DNA from: Chiloscyllium plagiosum
Lineage: Eukaryota
Assembly (NCBI RefSeq): GCF_004010195.1
Contig: NC_057719.1
Location: 51,040,913-51,076,717, forward strand
Length of the DNA stretch: 35,805 bases
Reading direction: 5' to 3'
The notes beneath the pieces are model-generated. The model saw nothing but the letters and a program-made list of their open reading frames with translations, did not search any database and was not told the DNA's origin. This document shows positions 1 to 11,411 of this stretch, piece after piece. The position numbers and the translations under genes are program-made. Position 1 is the stretch's first letter; every line of letters begins with the position of its first letter.

Positions 1-339
1 GTGCCTTCAGGAGAGAAGAAGTAAGCTAAGGGAGATTGTGGAAATATTATGATAGATGGAAAAATTACTATGCAGATTAATGTAATGAATTATTATGCAA
101 ATTATAGTATGATAGCATATTTTGAATATTTTTAGTTTGCTTGAAAGATTAAAACTCCTTTGACCAAAAAATTTATTCATAGTATGTGGATAGTTTGAAA
201 GCTCCAAGACCTGGGTGCAGTAAAGAAACTATCAATTGATAAACAAGGAAGCATTTAACAAATATAGAGAGGATGTAACCTTTTAGGTTTGCTTTCTTTG
301 CCATATTGAGTAATCTTAAATGTTAAACTAAAGCTCATG

Positions 340-720
340 CCACATAAGGAGACCATTCCACCGATTAGGACGGTAATGGTTCTTTGCTAGAACAATGTAA
401 AAATAAGCCCATTGCAATACCCTCCTCATATTCTTGTACTTTTCCTCTGCTTCAATGAATATTTAGAATCTTCTAAAAGATGCAATAGCTTTTGCCTGAA
501 TGACCCACTATGACAAAGTTTGCCATATAATGGCTTTCCATTAAAGCATTTTTCTAACTTCTTTCCTCAGTCTCTCAATGACCATTTTAAATTAAAAACC
601 CTTGTCTCTAACTCCCTAAACAAATGATGTAGTCTTTGCCAATTTAGCCATTTCTCTTTAAAAGTTCCTTTTAGCCTTCTCTGCTTCACTGGAAATTGTC
701 TTGAGATCTCAAGTCTGAAT
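340..720 (-). mobile_element. Highly decayed CR1-type LINE 3' end
   Basis: Patchy similarity to the younger minus-strand CR1 3' ends in this window (e.g. ccttttagccttctctgcttc, cccttgtctctaactcc). Boundaries approximate. Confidence 0.45.
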
Positions 721-1034
721 TACACTTGCAACCCAAAGGAAATCCAAATTCATGTTACCAGAACTGTAGTATGTATAGAAAGATATCTGAAGGCAGAGGC
801 TATTGTCAAGTCAGCTTACCTTCTACTAATATGGGGTAGCCTGAGAAGGCTGTTGGCCGTGCTAATCTATAATTGGTTGAGATTTATTTTTTGAAAATCC
901 TCTATAGATATCAAATTTAATCCAAATAATGGTTTTTCTATACCATTGAGTCAACTGAAAACCCACTGCCTTTAATAAATGTTTGTCAGTGACCTTGCAT
1001 ATTGGAATTTTCAACCTGCTTTCTGTGTTAACAG

Positions 1035-1190
1035 GTTTTTATGAATTGAGCGATGGAACATCTGGATCACTTTCGAATTCCTCTAATTCTGTTTTCAGTG
1101 AATGTCTATCCAGTTGTCACTCCAGCACCTGCTCCTGTGGCCCACCAGATGCAACACTGAACATCACAGATGGGCGACCAAAATCAGCAG
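1035..1190 (+). CDS. DACT1: DACT1 (Dapper homolog 1) internal coding exon (penultimate; exon 3 in the usual 4-exon structure)
   Basis: Acceptor ...ttaacAG at 1033-1034 and donor cag|GTAAG at 1191. The exon is 156 bp, phase 1 at both ends. It encodes [52 protein letters not shown], the serine-rich conserved Dact motif. Confidence 0.95.
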
Positions 1191-1360
1191 GTAAGAGCCA
1201 CATGAGAGCAATATGATTGAAAATCTGTCAATTATTTTATAATATGGTTAGGTACAACAGAAATAGAGTTAACTGTGTCATTGTTAATATAAAAAGTCTC
1301 CTCCTTGTTTCATCATATGCTGATTAGCAGTTCATTGTCAACTACTCAGTTTGCTAAGAG

Positions 1361-1443
1361 TTAAAAATCACACAACACCAGGTTATAGTACAACAGGTTT
1401 ATTTGGAAGCACTAGCTTTCGGGGCGCTGCTCCTTCAGGTGGT
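1361..1443 (-). mobile_element. 83-bp Penelope-like pLTR fragment with a damaged hammerhead motif, in the DACT1 intron
   Basis: Minus strand reads cac-CTGA-aggagcagcgcccc-GAAA-GCTA-gtg. Flanked by the exact 11-bp direct repeat TTTGCTAAGAG (1350-1360, 1444-1454). Confidence 0.75.
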
Positions 1444-1600
1444 TTTGCTAAGAGATTGTCACATTGGTTGATTGGCTTTTAGGAAGAACACCAAAACTCT
1501 TGGATTAATCCATATTTTAAGATATCATTTTGAATGTGATGAAAAAAAAAGTTAATTTTTGATTCCCATCAATTAATTGCATCTTAAATGCCCAGTTGGA

Positions 1601-1712
1601 GGGCTGTTGTTGCATTGTGATAGTGTTCCTACCTCGGAGTCAGAAGGCTAGGGCTCAAGTTTTACCTGTGCTGAAGATGCTTTGCAGCATGTCCATGCAG
1701 ATTGATTAAAAT
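1601..1712 (+). mobile_element. Decayed short tRNA-derived SINE
   Basis: Degenerate tRNA-like head (A-box-like ttgcattgtgatag, B-box-like gggctcaagtt) and an A-rich end (gattaaaata). Confidence 0.45.
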
Positions 1713-4180
1713 AACTAAATATTCAATTGCTAGCACTTGAAATTAGCAATGGAGATTTACATCCCCTTAAAAATCAGAATTTGAACATAGGGCAGGTGGT
1801 TTTGTCTAAGTTGTTCATCTGAGTCTTGTGTCTTTGGATGGATAAATCATGGAAAAACTTTCTACTCAAACTGTTCTAACCATGTGTTTGTTTTGTGGAT
1901 GTGCAAAGGTAAAACAATCCCTACAATTAATGCTATTTCAGAATAAACAAAGATTTGGAATTAAGCAGCATAGTTGTGTTTACAATGGAAACCTATAACC
2001 ATTAAAAAGATCTTGAATTGGATTTAACATTCTGATTATGACTCCTGTTAGCGAGACTAAAAGTTAACTGGGGACTGACACACATTTATGGTCCATAGAA
2101 GCTGCTAAACCTGGTCATTCGATGTCTGGCCAATTAGTATGGGTGATGTGACGTTATCACAAAATCATGCAGTTGGGTTGGCATTAAAGTTGGAAAGCTC
2201 ACATGTGATGACCATGCAGGAGTGGGTGCCCTATTTACAGGATGACCAGTCAAGTCTTTGAAGGTGAATTCCTCCTGTTGGCTTTGAACGAAAGCAGTGC
2301 ACTTTAACAAGGGTGTGTTGCATGACCTCTGCAAATGCAGACCTAACTTGTTTCTTGGGAATGGCTGAAAATCCCATGGAGAGGTTAGCTTGGCTTTCTT
2401 CATCCAGATGAAATTTTGCAAAGTTGCCAGTCCCCTGAACAATGAACTGAGGATCTCTTTAAAGCAGCAGTGCTTGACTACCTGGGGACTTGTGGACAGT
2501 TTCCTGGTTGAGTCTGGAATGAACTGGTGACCTCAGAATTATGCACTGCTCGAACCTTTAACGTCTGCCATGAGGTTACCACCGTTTTCCCACATGGTGA
2601 ATGTCAACCTACATGAGGATGCATAGCTCTATGTTTCTTTTGTGGGAGAAATGAAGTCACTGCTGGTAGGTCAATTGTTACAAAGAGCTCTAGACTGGGA
2701 AGGAACCATATTAATTTCTTCCTTTTGCCAGCTGTGTATTCAGATGCTGCCTCCTGAGATTGTTGGGGATCCCTTCCTGGCATATCAGCATCATTGTATC
2801 AACATCATGGACATCCTCCAATTCAAGTCTCTTGTGTACTACAAGATGAATTAATCAATTTCTTGTCCATGCAAAGTGAGGGACTACTTTCAAGTTGCCA
2901 CTTTGAGAAGTGGGCTTCTGCTCCTTCAGTGAAGATGTGGTTTTTAAGGCTTAGCCCTCTGACTGCAGTAGGCAGCCCCTGAGAGAGGCTCTGTCCCACA
3001 CAACTTAACCAGTCCCTTGGCGCTTTGGATTCTCTGGGTGAGAACAGAATTATAGGCTAAATGCCTGTGTATGTGATACCAGCTCAGGCATATCCTCCTA
3101 TGAGTTGCCAGGTTTAATTGTGCAGGTTTCTCTAACCACATGAGACTTTAATGCACTTAAGAAGACACAACAAAATATGGCAAATTCTAATTTAAATTGC
3201 TTTAACAGGCTCTTTAATAGCCTAATTATCTTTCCAGGCACAATGGATCAGTTAGCCAGATTGGCAACATTCATTGCCAACTTTCAGGGGCGGTTTTCCT
3301 ACTGCATTTGGCAGGAAAGTTCCCTGGAGGTTAATTGTCCCCAGTTGACATTTCCCCATCATGATGAGCTGGATTTAATTCTGACCCCAATCACTGAAAG
3401 ACCGCACTGATTATCTTTTGATATGCGGTTGTAATAAGGCAATGTCTAACTGGAGTGAGAGGCATCCTGCACCAGTCTAGGTGCAGAAACTATTTACAAA
3501 ATTCAAACCTATGTTCAAGACTTTAAAATGAATAATCAAAACTAAAGTATCTTACAAAGCTCCAGAACAGTACAGGAAGGTACAAAATGCCTCATTATAT
3601 GACTCTCTTCATAATTTGTAAATGGTTTCTATTTAAAAAGAAGTTCAAAATAGAATGCTACTAACTTTGACTTCTGTATGTCTTCTGACATGGATAGTGT
3701 ACCACATCTTGGTAGATTCTTCACTGTAGCCTGTTTGTAAAAATAAATACAAACTGTGTGCACTCCCATAGATGTGAGGAAGCCTTTGAATCTGGTATCA
3801 AGACTGATAATATTTTATACACTAAATAATGTGAATATGCAGGATAATTTTCTTTATATATGAAGATACTTTTTGTTTTAAAAATGGCTCTAATCTAATG
3901 TAGTGCATCTCACACTGCAGTGTAGCAATAAGCTTCACAGCTCTACAATATTGGTCAATCTCTGGTCTTTGGTTTCTTGATCTGATGATTTATTCAATAA
4001 CTGAATTGTTTATTATGAAAAAGGAAGCTCAGCAAGGTACTAAAAGTCGCTGGCATCTTGATGCTGTTATCAACACCCTCATGAGAAAAAAATGAATAAA
4101 GCAGAGCAAAATATTGAAATAAACTGCAATAGCTGTTTTGTTGTCTGTGGCAAAGGGTTTCCCACCAGTGAAAACAGCAG

Positions 4181-4315
4181 ACAAAGGGTCACCAGATTTG
4201 AAATGCGAGCTCCGTTTTTGTCTCTCCACAGATATTGCCAGACTTGCTGAGTTTCTCTAGCACATAACTGTTTTTGTTGTAAGATCTCCAGCATACACTG
4301 TTCTTTGTTTTATTT
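4181..4315 (+). mobile_element. Decayed Penelope-like pLTR/tail fragment
   Basis: Shares ccacagataYtgccagacYtgctgagtttct and agatYtccagca with the copy at 20202-20335. Confidence 0.6.
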
Positions 4316-4694
4316 TAGTGAAAGTAATAGTAATGCTGTGTTGTTAACGTATTCCATTTTGGAGCTCTCTTAGTTTTATGAATCTGTAAGTTTTTTTTTC
4401 GCTTTTAAAACAATATTTTGCTATACTTGTCAGATTTCTGTTACCTGAATCCAATGCAAGTATTTTTTTAAATCATGGAATCAATCCAGCAAGTTTAAAA
4501 TGTATGAATTGAAATGGTTGCTTCTTAGCAAGAAATGGAACACCTGCTTCTTGGTTGATTCTTCACTGCCAGCCTGTTGTAAAAATAAATGCAAAATGTG
4601 TCAGCTCCCAAAATTCCGAAAAACTGAGGACTCTCAAGTAGATTTGTTGGATTAAACAGATGTAGAATTCTGACTGCTATTTTCGTATTCACAG

Positions 4695-6580
4695 AGGATT
4701 TCATTGGCTGGATGGATCGTGGAGAGGGCCTGCTCGATTGCCAGTATCCGGGTATTGTTCGCCGCTCCTTCTCTGCACCATATTCTAGCTCATTTGATGT
4801 TGTTGCTGACATCCATCCCAAGTATCAATGCGATTTGATTTCCAAGAATGGTAGTGATGTGTATCGATATCCAAGTCCTCTACATGCAGTTGCAGTCCAG
4901 AGTCCAATGTTTTTTCATCCTACAGCTGCAAGTGTTAAAGAGGAGGAGAAGTCCCAGTATGGTGTAGCTGACCTGTCAGTGGCACCTCAGTTGGAGCCTG
5001 TAAACATTGAATCCGCTGTTCCATCCTCTCAGAACAGTTCTTGCCCAGCTGTACACCCTTCCACAATAAAAAGACTTGATAATTACATATTTGGTCTTAT
5101 TCAGAAGAAAATCCAGCTCGTCAGGCCGAATAAGCCGAGAACAAGCCTGAATACTGATCCACTAAAGGGAATCTTGAAGCAAGGTAGTATCTGTGTTAGA
5201 CAAATTTCTTGTATCTCACCAGGTAGTAATGAATTGAAAGTGTTCAGAAATCTCTATACAAATCCTCCTGTATCCAAAACTTCAGAAAACAGCGTAACGT
5301 CACCCCAGAGGCAACTTCTGAACAATGACAATATACAAGACAACAAAAATATACAACAATGTAAAATTGAATCAACAAATAACCGAATAACATTTCTTCA
5401 GGACAGTATTACTGAATTGCAGACTAGTAGCCTTTCAAAGAAGAGGACTAATGTGGCAAATGGACTGTCTAAATGCACTGTCCCTGTAGATTGTCAAGAA
5501 GAGAATAATGAATGTGGCTCTTGCACACCAAAAGATAATTCACATCGGTGTGTGACAGTACATGAAGAGACCAATGTTGTACAACCTCCTAAAGTGGTGT
5601 CCCCTAAAAAACTCACAAGGCCACCTCCATCATCTCCCTCTGCGGAAGAGAAACCATCACTAGATTTCAGGAGTGAAGGGTCCTCAGTGCAGAGCTTGGA
5701 GGATGGTGGGCAGTTAGTGAACGCCCAATTCATTCCAGCACAGCAGCAAATGGTAAAACCCCATAAAGGTACGAAAAATATAAAGATGATCAAAGTTAAG
5801 AACACTGCTTTGAAGTCCAGAACAAACTGTGACATGGCTTCCGAAACAAATGTTCAAACCTTAAAACAAAAACCCAAAGCTGTTGTAAAAAAATGCCATT
5901 TTTCCAGTGATGTTGTCCATGTAAAGCGAAATGTAAGGAGGGTGACTTCCAAAGCAAAGAATGGATTTTATACGTTATCTGAGAACAGCATCCTCAGTCG
6001 ACAGTCTGGGGCTAGACCTGCTAAATGTAGTGGACAAGGAAGGGAAGCTGTTCTGGTCAAATCCAGATACAAACAAAGGGTCGATTACCGAAAGTGGAGA
6101 TCCCCTGTTGACGTTTCTCATGAAGAAGCAATCAGACGATTTAGAAGACGCAACAGGAGAGAAGCACTCTGTCATATGCCTGGTGTGTATACAAAGACCA
6201 ATTTGCCGAATAATGGCATTTGTGCCCTGAGAGGAAGTGATTCGGAATACTCTGCTGAGTGTGAATCGCTATTCCACTCCACTGTAGCAGATACTAGTGA
6301 GGATGATCAGAGCAATTACACAACCAATTGCTTTGGAGACAGTGAATCTAGTTTGAGTGAGGTGGACTTTGCGGGGGAAACTACTAGCTCCAGTGACTCT
6401 GATGAGAATGGTGCCGTAGTCTGGCCTCAGTTTACCCAGTCTCGTCCTGTGCAACTATCTACTGCCGAGGTAAAGAAGCCTCCACCAAAAGCTTTTGTCA
6501 AAATCAAAGCATCTCACAACCTAAAGAAGAAGATTCTCCGTTTCAGATCTGGATCATTAAAGTTAATGACAACTGTTTAA
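4695..6580 (+). CDS. DACT1: DACT1 terminal coding exon
   Basis: Acceptor tttcgtattcacAG ends at 4694. The phase-1 join (G|AG GAT TTC ATT GGC TGG ATG) is in frame with the 622-aa ORF. Dact motifs present: PKYQCDLISKNGSDVYRYPSPLHAVAVQSPMF, LDNYIFGLIQKK, GSDSEYSAECESLFHSTV..TSEDDQSNYTTNCFGDSESS, and KAFVKIKASHNLKKKILRFRSGSLKLMTTV*. The LMTTV ending is DACT1-type. The ATG at 4712 is internal, not the start codon. Confidence 0.96.
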
Positions 6581-6818
6581 AAGAATATCTGACATTTGGT
6601 GTATTAAAAAACTGAAGGTGATATTGGTTCTTATTTTGATTTGTATATTCTAAGATAGGTATTTTAAAAGAAGTTTTTCCTGTCAGAACTAAGCATGTAA
6701 TAAGTTTTTAAACTCTCAGTATTCTGTGTGCATGACTAATTGTTCCAATATTCGACCATATTGTACACTGCTAACTGTATATAGTACTTGTATATTAATA
6801 CAATTTGTTTTATGCAAT

Positions 6819-6824
6819 AATAAA
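6819..6824 (+). promoter_or_regulatory. Candidate polyadenylation signal (AATAAA) in the DACT1 3'UTR
   Basis: First AATAAA after the stop, followed by T/GT-rich sequence. An ATTAAA variant lies at 6947-6952. Actual usage cannot be determined from sequence. Confidence 0.4.
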
Positions 6825-7257
6825 TTGTCTACCTTGAATCTTTAAAATGTTTTGAAATTTGACTTCACTTTTTATCTTCACATTATGGTCCTTGTGTGTT
6901 GTAGCTTGCAATTAGGGAGAAATGAAAATGCAACATAATATTGTTTATTAAAGCATTTAAAAAGAGCTTATTTATTATGAATAATGCCTATCACATAGAT
7001 AAATAGTTCTCACATTGGCTAATGCAAGGCTGAGCAGAAAATTCATTATTGGTCTCATTGGCACCAAGGCATCATGGATGTAATTAATGTAACCAGCAAA
7101 AAGAAATCACACAGAAACAGGAAATCTCGCCGAGCAAATATGCATGATCCTTCCCCCTAAGTCACCTAATTTGTTCCCACTGTCCTCTTGTGGAATGACA
7201 ACATTGCAATGATGAAGAAAGAGCTACATTTCTTTCCTATCTGGACAAAGCAACAAA

Positions 7258-7421
7258 TAGAGTCATACAGCATGGAACCCTTCCATTCAAATTGCCTATG
7301 CCAACCAGACATCACCATCTGACCTAGTTCTATTTGCCAGCATTTGGCCTATCTCCTTCTAAACCCTCTATTCATATACCTGTTTAGATATCTTTTAAAT
7401 GTTGTAATTGTATACTCCTCC
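7258..7421 (-). mobile_element. CR1-type LINE 3' tail fragment
   Basis: Colinear with 18223-18400 (tagagtcata...cagcatggaa...ctattcatatacc...ttttaaatgttg). Confidence 0.8.
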
Positions 7422-8850
7422 GTGGAAAATACAGCAAATAAATAAATGGGTATGAGTTTCACTTTTTAAAAATTCAGTTGCTAAGTGGGCTATTAAATAT
7501 GGAATTAAAATCTAAAATGTTCCCTAGTATGAGTTAATCTAAACCTGAGTACAATGGGGATGTGATTAACTTGAAAGTTCCAGTGTGCTGGAGTCAAGTA
7601 AAATCAGCTGAGTTTCCTGCATTTGACCAATATTTGGTTCCTTGTACTGACTGTAAAGCCAGTCATGAGGGGACTACTACTCTGAAGATATGGATAAACT
7701 CTGAGTGAGAAAATGAAGGTTTTGGTGCCTAAACTTGAATGAGTGAGAGGGGGAGTTGCTCTGGGAACGGTGTGTGATAAGATAGAACAGAAATGGGACA
7801 AAAGAGACATCATAAATGCTGCAATGCCAGCGTGCATTTTCAGGAGGAAAGGAAAAGACTAGAATTATTTTAAATCTATGAATAAAGATCTGTTACTTTG
7901 TTATTTACCCAACACCTGACCCAACCTAGCTATGTCTCACTCTACTGACTTGCCTACTTACCCACCTCACTCACATATCCAGCTACCTATCTACTTGATT
8001 CACTTTTCCACTTCTCTCTCACCTTCCCAATCTGTCACTCCACCCATTCCTGCATTCACCCACTTACTAATACTGAACTGCACCTTTGAATGCACCATAC
8101 AGTGGCTGGTGCAATAAAAAGTGGGTGCACTCCTCCTCGTCTCCCAACCCCCATATCCACTTTGCTTTGACAGAGCTTTCTGAGGAGCACTACAATCCAC
8201 ATTTCAGGAAATATTATTCTAGAAAAGACTTGGAAGGTTGTGGAAGAAATGCAGAACACCCAGTGAGTTGGAGAATTTTTAACTGGAGTGGCAAATCCGA
8301 TGATTGATTGCCTCTCAGAAGATCCAGCTTATTGTCTCATGAAGTTAAGAAATAGATACAGAAATAGGCTAAAGACCGCATTCATAACATTGATCTCAAT
8401 TCTACTTTCCTACCCAATCTCCATATATTTTGATTTCCTCATGCCCAATATGTTTGATGATCTTTCCTACTCTGGGAGGGAACAAGATTTGGCTCAAATT
8501 TCAACAATGTATAGGCAGTGCAATCTTTTTTTATGCTATTTACATTTTTATATCTTGCTTTTTGTATCTTGTCATTTTATCACTGATCGCATTGACCATT
8601 TCACATAATGTTTCTCTGATCCTCCTGAGGTGAGATGGAGTGGCACCATGGGAAAATCAGCTGTTGAGGCCGAATGTCATCATGTCACTTCAACTTCAGT
8701 TTTCTCTTCCTCTGTGTGCTCCAAGAGTGCTGCTTGAAATGATTTCCTCACTAGTCATGTGGAAATGCTGGCAGTGGGGCTAGTGGAGTAGAACTGAAAG
8801 TGTGTTGCTGGAAAAGCGCAGCAGGTCAGGCAGCATCCAGGGAACAGGAG

Positions 8851-8886
8851 AATCGACGTTTCGGGCATAAGCCCTTCTTCAGGAAT
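8851..8886 (-). ncRNA. Minimal type I hammerhead-ribozyme motif in the PLE pLTR
   Basis: Minus strand: auuc-CUGAAGA-a-GGGC(uuau)GCCC-GAAA-CG-UC^gauu. It has the CUGANGA and GAAA core boxes, a 4-bp stem II, and palindromic ACGU in place of stem III. Stem I is weak (3 of 4 pairs). Confidence 0.65.
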
Positions 8887-8932
8887 GAGGAAAGTTTGTC
8901 CAGCAGGCTAAGATAAAAGGTAGGGAGGAGGG

Positions 8933-9698
8933 NNNNNNNNNNNNNNNNNNNNNNNNNNNNNNNNNNNNNNNNNNNNNNNNNNNNNNNNNNNNNNNNNNNN
9001 NNNNNNNNNNNNNNNNNNNNNNNNNNNNNNNNNNNNNNNNNNNNNNNNNNNNNNNNNNNNNNNNNNNNNNNNNNNNNNNNNNNNNNNNNNNNNNNNNNNN
9101 NNNNNNNNNNNNNNNNNNNNNNNNNNNNNNNNNNNNNNNNNNNNNNNNNNNNNNNNNNNNNNNNNNNNNNNNNNNNNNNNNNNNNNNNNNNNNNNNNNNN
9201 NNNNNNNNNNNNNNNNNNNNNNNNNNNNNNNNNNNNNNNNNNNNNNNNNNNNNNNNNNNNNNNNNNNNNNNNNNNNNNNNNNNNNNNNNNNNNNNNNNNN
9301 NNNNNNNNNNNNNNNNNNNNNNNNNNNNNNNNNNNNNNNNNNNNNNNNNNNNNNNNNNNNNNNNNNNNNNNNNNNNNNNNNNNNNNNNNNNNNNNNNNNN
9401 NNNNNNNNNNNNNNNNNNNNNNNNNNNNNNNNNNNNNNNNNNNNNNNNNNNNNNNNNNNNNNNNNNNNNNNNNNNNNNNNNNNNNNNNNNNNNNNNNNNN
9501 NNNNNNNNNNNNNNNNNNNNNNNNNNNNNNNNNNNNNNNNNNNNNNNNNNNNNNNNNNNNNNNNNNNNNNNNNNNNNNNNNNNNNNNNNNNNNNNNNNNN
9601 NNNNNNNNNNNNNNNNNNNNNNNNNNNNNNNNNNNNNNNNNNNNNNNNNNNNNNNNNNNNNNNNNNNNNNNNNNNNNNNNNNNNNNNNNNNNNNNNNN
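8933..9698. other. Assembly gap (766 N); further gaps at 18546-18566 and 35612-35645
   Basis: Runs of N, each inside a retroelement. Confidence 1.
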
Positions 9699-11174
9699 CG
9701 AAGGAATTGGGAGGATGGGATGGCGTTTTGACAGGGGGCAGGGTGGGGGGAGGTGTAGTCCAGGTAGCTGTGGGAGTCGGTTGGTTTGTAGTAGATGTCC
9801 GTGTTGATTCGGTCGCCTGAGGTAGAAATAGATAGGTCGAGGAAGGGGAGGGAGGAATCTGGGACTGTCCAGGTGAATTTGAGGTCGGGGTGGAAGGTGT
9901 TGGTGAAGTGGATGAACTGTTCAACCTCCTCGTGGGAGCACGAGGCGGCGCCGATACAGTCATCGATGTAGCGGAGGAAAAGGTGGGGGGTGGGGCCAGT
10001 GTAGTTGCAGAAGATGGATTTTTCCACATATCCTACGAAGAGGCAGGCATAGCTGGGGCCCATGCGGGTTGAGTAGAAGCTGAGTCCCTACCCATTTCCA
10101 CTATACCTGTTATCAATGATTTCTGGGTCTGTCAAATGGAAGGAAGTGATAGCGTTTAGGTACTTGCTATAATGACCTAATTCTGCATTCACATTTTTCT
10201 CTGGTTCTTTCATATCATCTCTCGATGCTAATGCTCATCTTGTCTCTGAGACTTAACTCCTGCTTTCAAGTTGCTATTCTCACTAAACTGATAACTACCC
10301 AACTTAAATCTGTCTTCATATCCATTAATTAGTTGCATCTTCTCAAAGACCATTTCTTTTCAAATCTATCGCCATCAATCCTTTCTCATAGACATACTTT
10401 TGAATCCTCAGTTTTTGCAAACTTCAATTTTGCTTCAAGTTCCATCTTCATTTCAAAATCCTTGAATATGTCTGCACTTTCTCAGTTAATACTTACGATT
10501 TCCACAAGACTCAAGTTTGAATGATCTTGCTTCAGGCCTTGTTCTATTTCCAGTGCCTGCTTCAGGAATTTATTTATGGAAAAGTTAATTTCTAAGTGAA
10601 GCTTAATCAACAAAATAGTGTGAATTTTAGGTCAGAATCTTTCATGGATTTTGTAAACCTTGAATTCGCCAACTACACTTAAACAATAGTTTTAGGGAAA
10701 TGTTTGAGATGAAATGTAATTGAAATAGATTTGTTACTGACTAGGGTGGCTGCAACATTTGCAATAAAAGAAAAGATTGTAACAATATCAAAAGTATGTA
10801 CAGAAACATTGATACAGAAGCTTTTATGATTTTTATTTTAAACATACTTTATAGTATTGAGTTCAAACATTTTGAGTTGAATCTTTCAGCTTTTTGGCTA
10901 AGTGTGAGTTACGTTGAGTTTGGGTGAGTGATTCTTGCAGCAAGGCTGCAAACTCTCTGCATTAACTGGCATTGCAGCATTTATGACATCTCTCTTGTCC
11001 CATTTCTGTTCTATCTTATGCACCATTCCCAGAGCAACTCCCCCTCTCACCAAATATCCTCAGAATTAGCCAGCATCAATGGGGCCTGCCCCATCTGAAA
11101 AGGGCCATTGTGTGCCTAGACAAGCAGTGTCAGTACAAAGCTGCTCTGCATGGTTCCTGACATTTGCCCCAGAC

Positions 11175-11400
11175 ATGGCAGTTGGGTGAATCTGCTTTCT
11201 GGGCAGGGTCCTGGTGCTCCTGCTAGACGGGGAGCTGCACAGACAGGACTTCCTCTTCTCCCAGGACATGCAATAGAAGCCATGACCCTGAACCATGTCA
11301 GCCTAGTTCAAGATTGCCACTCAGGATAAAGCAGTCTCAGCAACTTGGAGGAATGCCCAGCTGTGTAGTCAAAGACTAATGTTCTTCTTGTTCTGTCAGG
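11175..11400 (+). mobile_element. Decayed Myb/SANT-like DNA-binding exon, probably from a PIF/Harbinger transposon (copy A)
   Basis: Reading from ATG 11175 through stops gives MAVG*ICFLGRVLVLLLDGELHRQDFLFSQDMQ*KP*P*TMSA*FKIATQDKAVSATWRNAQLC. It ends at the donor-like agg|GTTAG (11401) and aligns with copy B. Confidence 0.6.
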
Positions 11401-11411
11401 GTTAGCACCAG

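Larger units (their letters stand above)
8794..10070 (-). mobile_element. 5'-truncated Penelope-like retroelement (RT C-terminal half + assembly gap + pLTR)
   Basis: ORF MGPSYACLFVG...FLRYIDD...FHPDLKFT...LPFLDL...IYYKPTDSHSYLDY.S.HP....AIP.SQFL matches the PLE RT/thumb pattern. It is GC- and CpG-rich. Flanked by the 8-bp direct repeat GAGTAGAA (8786-8793, 10071-10078). The GIY-YIG region would fall in the N gap. Confidence 0.9.

Noticed and set aside
5494..6454. Overlapping antisense and alternative-frame ORFs within the DACT1 exon
   Set aside because: Short, with no recognisable motifs; expected shadows of a long coding exon.
4712..6580. 622-aa ORF as a stand-alone intronless gene or retrocopy
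   Set aside because: A proper acceptor at 4694 and an in-phase upstream exon at 1035-1190 show it is the last exon of DACT1.
7925..8070. C/T/A-rich stretch with small ORFs
   Set aside because: Low-complexity sequence without a regular period.
8879..10063. 394-aa and 373-aa ORFs, and the apparent stop codon inside the hammerhead CUGA box
   Set aside because: The lengths are artefacts of the 766-N gap, and the reading frame across the gap is unknowable.
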